From positions 2,241 to 66,240 of the IMG/VR virus record IMGVR_UViG_3300009502_000047: a stretch of 64,000 nucleotides of DNA. One strand, written 5' to 3'. This document shows, in pieces, positions 61,031 to 64,000 of the stretch (positions within the stretch are counted from its first letter, which is position 1; each line of letters opens with the position of its first letter). The notes below the pieces were generated by a model, which was not told the DNA's origin, searched no databases, and saw nothing but the letters and a program-made list of their open reading frames with translations. The position numbers and the translations under genes are program-made. This DNA is from a virus (Duplodnaviria; Caudoviricetes).

Positions 61031-61534
61031 CTAATTAACTTTAACCCAGTCAGAGCCTGTTGCTCCACGAGCAATATAAACATCTGCTGGAGTTGCTGAT
61101 GAGTTAATGTAGATGGCACCTATGAATGCAGGTACTCCACTTGGGACTCCTGAACCAGATGTTGCTGCAACTACACCTGCATGGGTGTGACTCGTGATTG
61201 AACCAGTGAGAACTGCTTCAACTTCGCCTTTGGTTATGTCAGAGTTCTTCTGGGCATTGCTGGGTGCATGTGCAACCTGTGAGTGATCATAGGCTGTTTT
61301 GCCTCTGTCTCCCCTATATGCAGTTGAGGATGTCTCACCAAGTTGTAAACCACCATATGCACCGTCTCCCACGTATGTGAGTGACGCGAATGCATGGACA
61401 CCATCACCTACTTTCATTTTGCCTGTGTCGGTTTCAAGAAGTAAGTAGTCGCTTGTATATACCTTGGTATCTGCTGTGAGACCTGTAGCAGTGTTTTTGA
61501 GGAGTTTAATCCTTCTAAAAAGTCTTTCTGTCAT
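61031..61534 (-). CDS. Tail-fibre-related protein
   Basis: ETDTGKMKVGDG...L.Y (Mtd-N/hyaluronidase-N-like) and LGETSSTAYRGDRGK motif. Confidence 0.7.
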   Translation of the reverse strand: MTERLFRRIKLLKNTATGLTADTKVYTSDYLLLETDTGKMKVGDGVHAFASLTYVGDGAYGGLQLGETSSTAYRGDRGKTAYDHSQVAHAPSNAQKNSDITKGEVEAVLTGSITSHTHAGVVAATSGSGVPSGVPAFIGAIYINSSATPADVYIARGATGSDWVKVN

Positions 61535-61604
61535 TGGACATTACATCCCGGTGGATTCTTTAAGATGTGGAAACCACTTCCACCTTAATTAATAGCTTTA
61601 TAAT

Positions 61605-61617
61605 TACCAGTATAAAG
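61605..61617 (-). promoter_or_regulatory. Putative late promoter (CTTTATACTGGTA)
   Basis: Same TATA+TGGTA motif, upstream of 61031..61534. Confidence 0.5.
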
Positions 61618-61751
61618 ATTAAAGGGATGAGGGGAAAGAGATCTCATCCCAGAGGTTACCAATGGATCTAAAGTTTCGTATACAGGATATAGTGTCTGTT
61701 GCCACGAAAACAGACAATAAAAGAGTTAGATTCAAAAGTATTTAATTATTT

Positions 61752-61847
61752 TTACTTCTTTGGCTTTGGTACATTTTTCTTTGCTGTTGGTGTAACTCTG
61801 CCTTTAATAGAAGGATTTGGTACATTACCCTTGCCTTTACATGCCAT
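61752..61847 (-). CDS. 31-aa Lys/Pro-rich peptide
   Basis: Read manually: MACKGKGNVPNPSIKGRVTPTAKKNVPKPKK; GGGGTGA RBS, ATG directly after upstream TAA. Confidence 0.5.
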   Translation of the reverse strand: MACKGKGNVPNPSIKGRVTPTAKKNVPKPKK

Positions 61848-61982
61848 TTAACTCACCCCCAATATCTCATTACATTCTGCCTGTGTGAGTTTCCCTGATA
61901 ACACCAATGCATTAAGAGTTTCCTCTGTGCATTTACCCTGCTGATATCTAATCAAATAGAATCTTTTCATAACTTCGCTCAT
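61848..61982 (-). CDS. XkdX-like small protein (44 aa)
   Basis: Read manually: MSEVMKRFYLIRYQQGKCTEETLNALVLSGKLTQAECNEILGVS. Confidence 0.65.
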   Translation of the reverse strand: MSEVMKRFYLIRYQQGKCTEETLNALVLSGKLTQAECNEILGVS

Positions 61983-62338
61983 AATCCACCTTCTACAATG
62001 GCTGCTATCATATCTTCAAGTGCTGTTACCCGTTCATTCGAATCGGGTGTTGCATCTGCAACTTCGATTCCATGTTTCGCTTTTGCATAAGATATAATCT
62101 CCGATTCGTTTGAAGATAGATACTCTTCAATAGATGCCCTGTCGATAAACGGTCTTGGCAATGACCACCACAAAACTTCTTCACTATACTGATAGTAAGT
62201 TTGTGATGAGTTACTCATTTCATCAGTGCGTTCAATCGTTGTGATATCCCAATGGCATAGTAGTCTGGCACTGCCATTTTCAACGATATCAATCTCAATG
62301 CTTTTTGGCTCAATGTGACTTTCAGACATCATAATCAC
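61979..62338 (-). CDS. Tail-fibre assembly (XkdW-like) protein
   Basis: YQYSEE and C-terminal ERVTALEDMIA; lies between fibre and XkdX-like gene. Confidence 0.6.
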   Translation of the reverse strand: MIMMSESHIEPKSIEIDIVENGSARLLCHWDITTIERTDEMSNSSQTYYQYSEEVLWWSLPRPFIDRASIEEYLSSNESEIISYAKAKHGIEVADATPDSNERVTALEDMIAAIVEGGL

Positions 62339-63540
62339 CCCAAAAACTCGAGGCGAGCACCGAGCTCCACAGAGGTCACACCGACGGTGTTACTCGAACC
62401 CATAACCGTGACCCCCACCCGACCGCCATAATACCAACCGCCGCCCGAAAGCAGGACACCTGTTTGGTTCAGAACATGTGAAAAAAATCCGTCACACATA
62501 TATGTGGATGCACTACCAGATGCCGCAATTGGGATAAATAATCCCGCCATTAAACTTTCATATAAAATTGCATTGGAATAAGTCCCACTGATTCCTGTAA
62601 CAGGGGCAGCCGTAGACAAAAGTGATCCCGATGATTGAGTTTCAGCAGGGGTACCACTTCCATCTGGATTCAATATTCTATAATGCTGATTATCAAGTGT
62701 TGTGTTATATCCAATGATACAATGCCATAAATTACCCCATGGATTTTCTAATCCTCTCCAAACTACGGGGGTATTATCATTTGTCCCCGTTCCCTGTCCG
62801 GTTCCATTTGGAGCGATATTAATATTTGCCGAATCTGCTCCTGTGGCTTTTACAGCGCTATTCCCTGTATTTGAAACTCCTGCACCAATCCCGTTTGTTT
62901 GAGACTGTGAATCGAAATGAGCATATTCTATATAGTAGAGAAGTAACCTTGCACTTAACGCCCAAATATCTTCTATTCCCCAACCCGTACCAATATTGTT
63001 TCCACGAGTTTCAAACGTGCTCATGGTTTGAGAAACTAATGCAGTTTGTCCGGTTTTTGAACCTAGCTTCGAGCTGCCAGCATCATAGGCTTCATACGCT
63101 CCAAGATATGCTTGAGCCAGGGGAGATGCTGAATGTCCACGTTGATAGAACCACGGATGAATTGCAAACCCAGTATATGCTGTGGGGGATATCCAATATC
63201 TATACCTATTAGTTCCTGGATTATCTGTTTTCCAATAAAATCGGGGATATCTGACCATCACATAATCACTTGACAATGTTAATCCGTCACCTCTGGCATT
63301 AGTTCCAAATGTGGCTGTTCCCGCTGCATTAAGGGTGCACCGTTTGATGTTGCCCCATATTGTATGTTGGTCAAACAGGGGAACATAACCTGCAGGTAAA
63401 TAATTTCCGTTCACATCAATTCTTTTCATTTTTGGATTAGATGAATTAAAATTCATTTCTACGCCCAAAATAGAATTGGCGTTAAAATATGTTTCTAATT
63501 GATCTAATCCTGGCATATTAATAGCGTTTTGATGTACCAT
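62335..63540 (-). CDS. Receptor-binding/tail-fibre protein with C-type-lectin (Mtd/FGE-like) C-terminus
   Basis: YLGAYEA, WRGLENPWGNLW, C-terminal GGGW...G...GARL. Confidence 0.75.
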   Translation of the reverse strand: MVHQNAINMPGLDQLETYFNANSILGVEMNFNSSNPKMKRIDVNGNYLPAGYVPLFDQHTIWGNIKRCTLNAAGTATFGTNARGDGLTLSSDYVMVRYPRFYWKTDNPGTNRYRYWISPTAYTGFAIHPWFYQRGHSASPLAQAYLGAYEAYDAGSSKLGSKTGQTALVSQTMSTFETRGNNIGTGWGIEDIWALSARLLLYYIEYAHFDSQSQTNGIGAGVSNTGNSAVKATGADSANINIAPNGTGQGTGTNDNTPVVWRGLENPWGNLWHCIIGYNTTLDNQHYRILNPDGSGTPAETQSSGSLLSTAAPVTGISGTYSNAILYESLMAGLFIPIAASGSASTYMCDGFFSHVLNQTGVLLSGGGWYYGGRVGVTVMGSSNTVGVTSVELGARLEFLG

Positions 63541-63999
63541 TTAAATCACGTCCGGATATCCAATTGAACTTCTCACTGTAAAACCTACATCAGCGGTAGT
63601 GCAAATTAGATCAAGACAGTCATACTGCCCAACTGCTGCAATATAGCCACCAGTCCCGACAGTTGATGTCAGAGACCCGAATCGGATATATTGGTTTGCA
63701 TTTTGGGCAATTTTCCACAACCCTGCCCCTTTGCCTACAATTGCAATGACCTTTCCTACAGCACAGGTGCTTGGTAATGTCCCTGTGACTAATGCCGCAT
63801 TGTTGGCGATGTAACCCGTATCCGCCGCAAGGGTGACAGTAGTTCCAGTTACTTCAGTCCAGGTAATGCCACTACCACCAGTTCCGAATCTTGAATCATC
63901 ACCTGCTGCAACGGTTCCGGTTGTTGTTCCAACATTTAGAACAGCAGCACCACCAAGACCAAGTAATGTCTTAATCTGTGAAACAGATAGGGCAGTTAT
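63541..63999 (-). CDS. Tail fibre protein (5' end outside the window)
   Basis: Read manually: ...LGLGGAAVLNVGTTTGTVAAGDDSRF...TLPSTCAVG...; stop abuts ATG 63540. Confidence 0.75.
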   Translation of the reverse strand: MTALSVSQIKTLLGLGGAAVLNVGTTTGTVAAGDDSRFGTGGSGITWTEVTGTTVTLAADTGYIANNAALVTGTLPSTCAVGKVIAIVGKGAGLWKIAQNANQYIRFGSLTSTVGTGGYIAAVGQYDCLDLICTTADVGFTVRSSIGYPDVI

Positions 64000-64000
64000 C

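Larger units (their letters stand above)
1..64000. mobile_element. Tailed archaeal dsDNA virus genome (most of it; probably circularly permuted)
   Basis: Terminase-portal-protease-capsid-neck-tail gene order, archaeal-type replication genes, no run of cellular housekeeping genes. Confidence 0.9.

Overview
The window looks like most of the genome of a tailed dsDNA archaeal virus (Caudoviricetes, probably siphovirus-like). Archaeal host evidence: archaeal-type PCNA, PolB, ThyA, Pth2, ERCC4 nuclease and MCM-like ATPase, plus TATA-box promoters and GGTGA/GGAGG ribosome-binding sites. The AT-rich DNA and non-acidic proteins argue against a halophile, so a methanogen host is my inference. Positions 1-26.2 kb (minus strand) hold the morphogenesis genes: terminase with two inteins, portal, protease-scaffold, decoration protein, capsid, neck, two paralogous tail-tube genes, tail chaperones with a likely +1 frameshift, and a 3281-aa tape-measure-like protein carrying an intact DEDDy 3'-5' exonuclease near its N-terminus. 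Positions 26.6-43 kb (mostly plus strand) hold many small early ORFs, many Cys-rich, with several hairpin-dense intergenic regions. Positions 43-60 kb hold replication and nucleotide-metabolism genes. Positions 60.2-64 kb (minus strand) hold tail-fibre/receptor-binding genes, so the tail operon appears split across the window ends. No integrase, tRNA, rRNA or CRISPR array was recognised. All calls come from reading motifs and gene order by eye; no searches were run.
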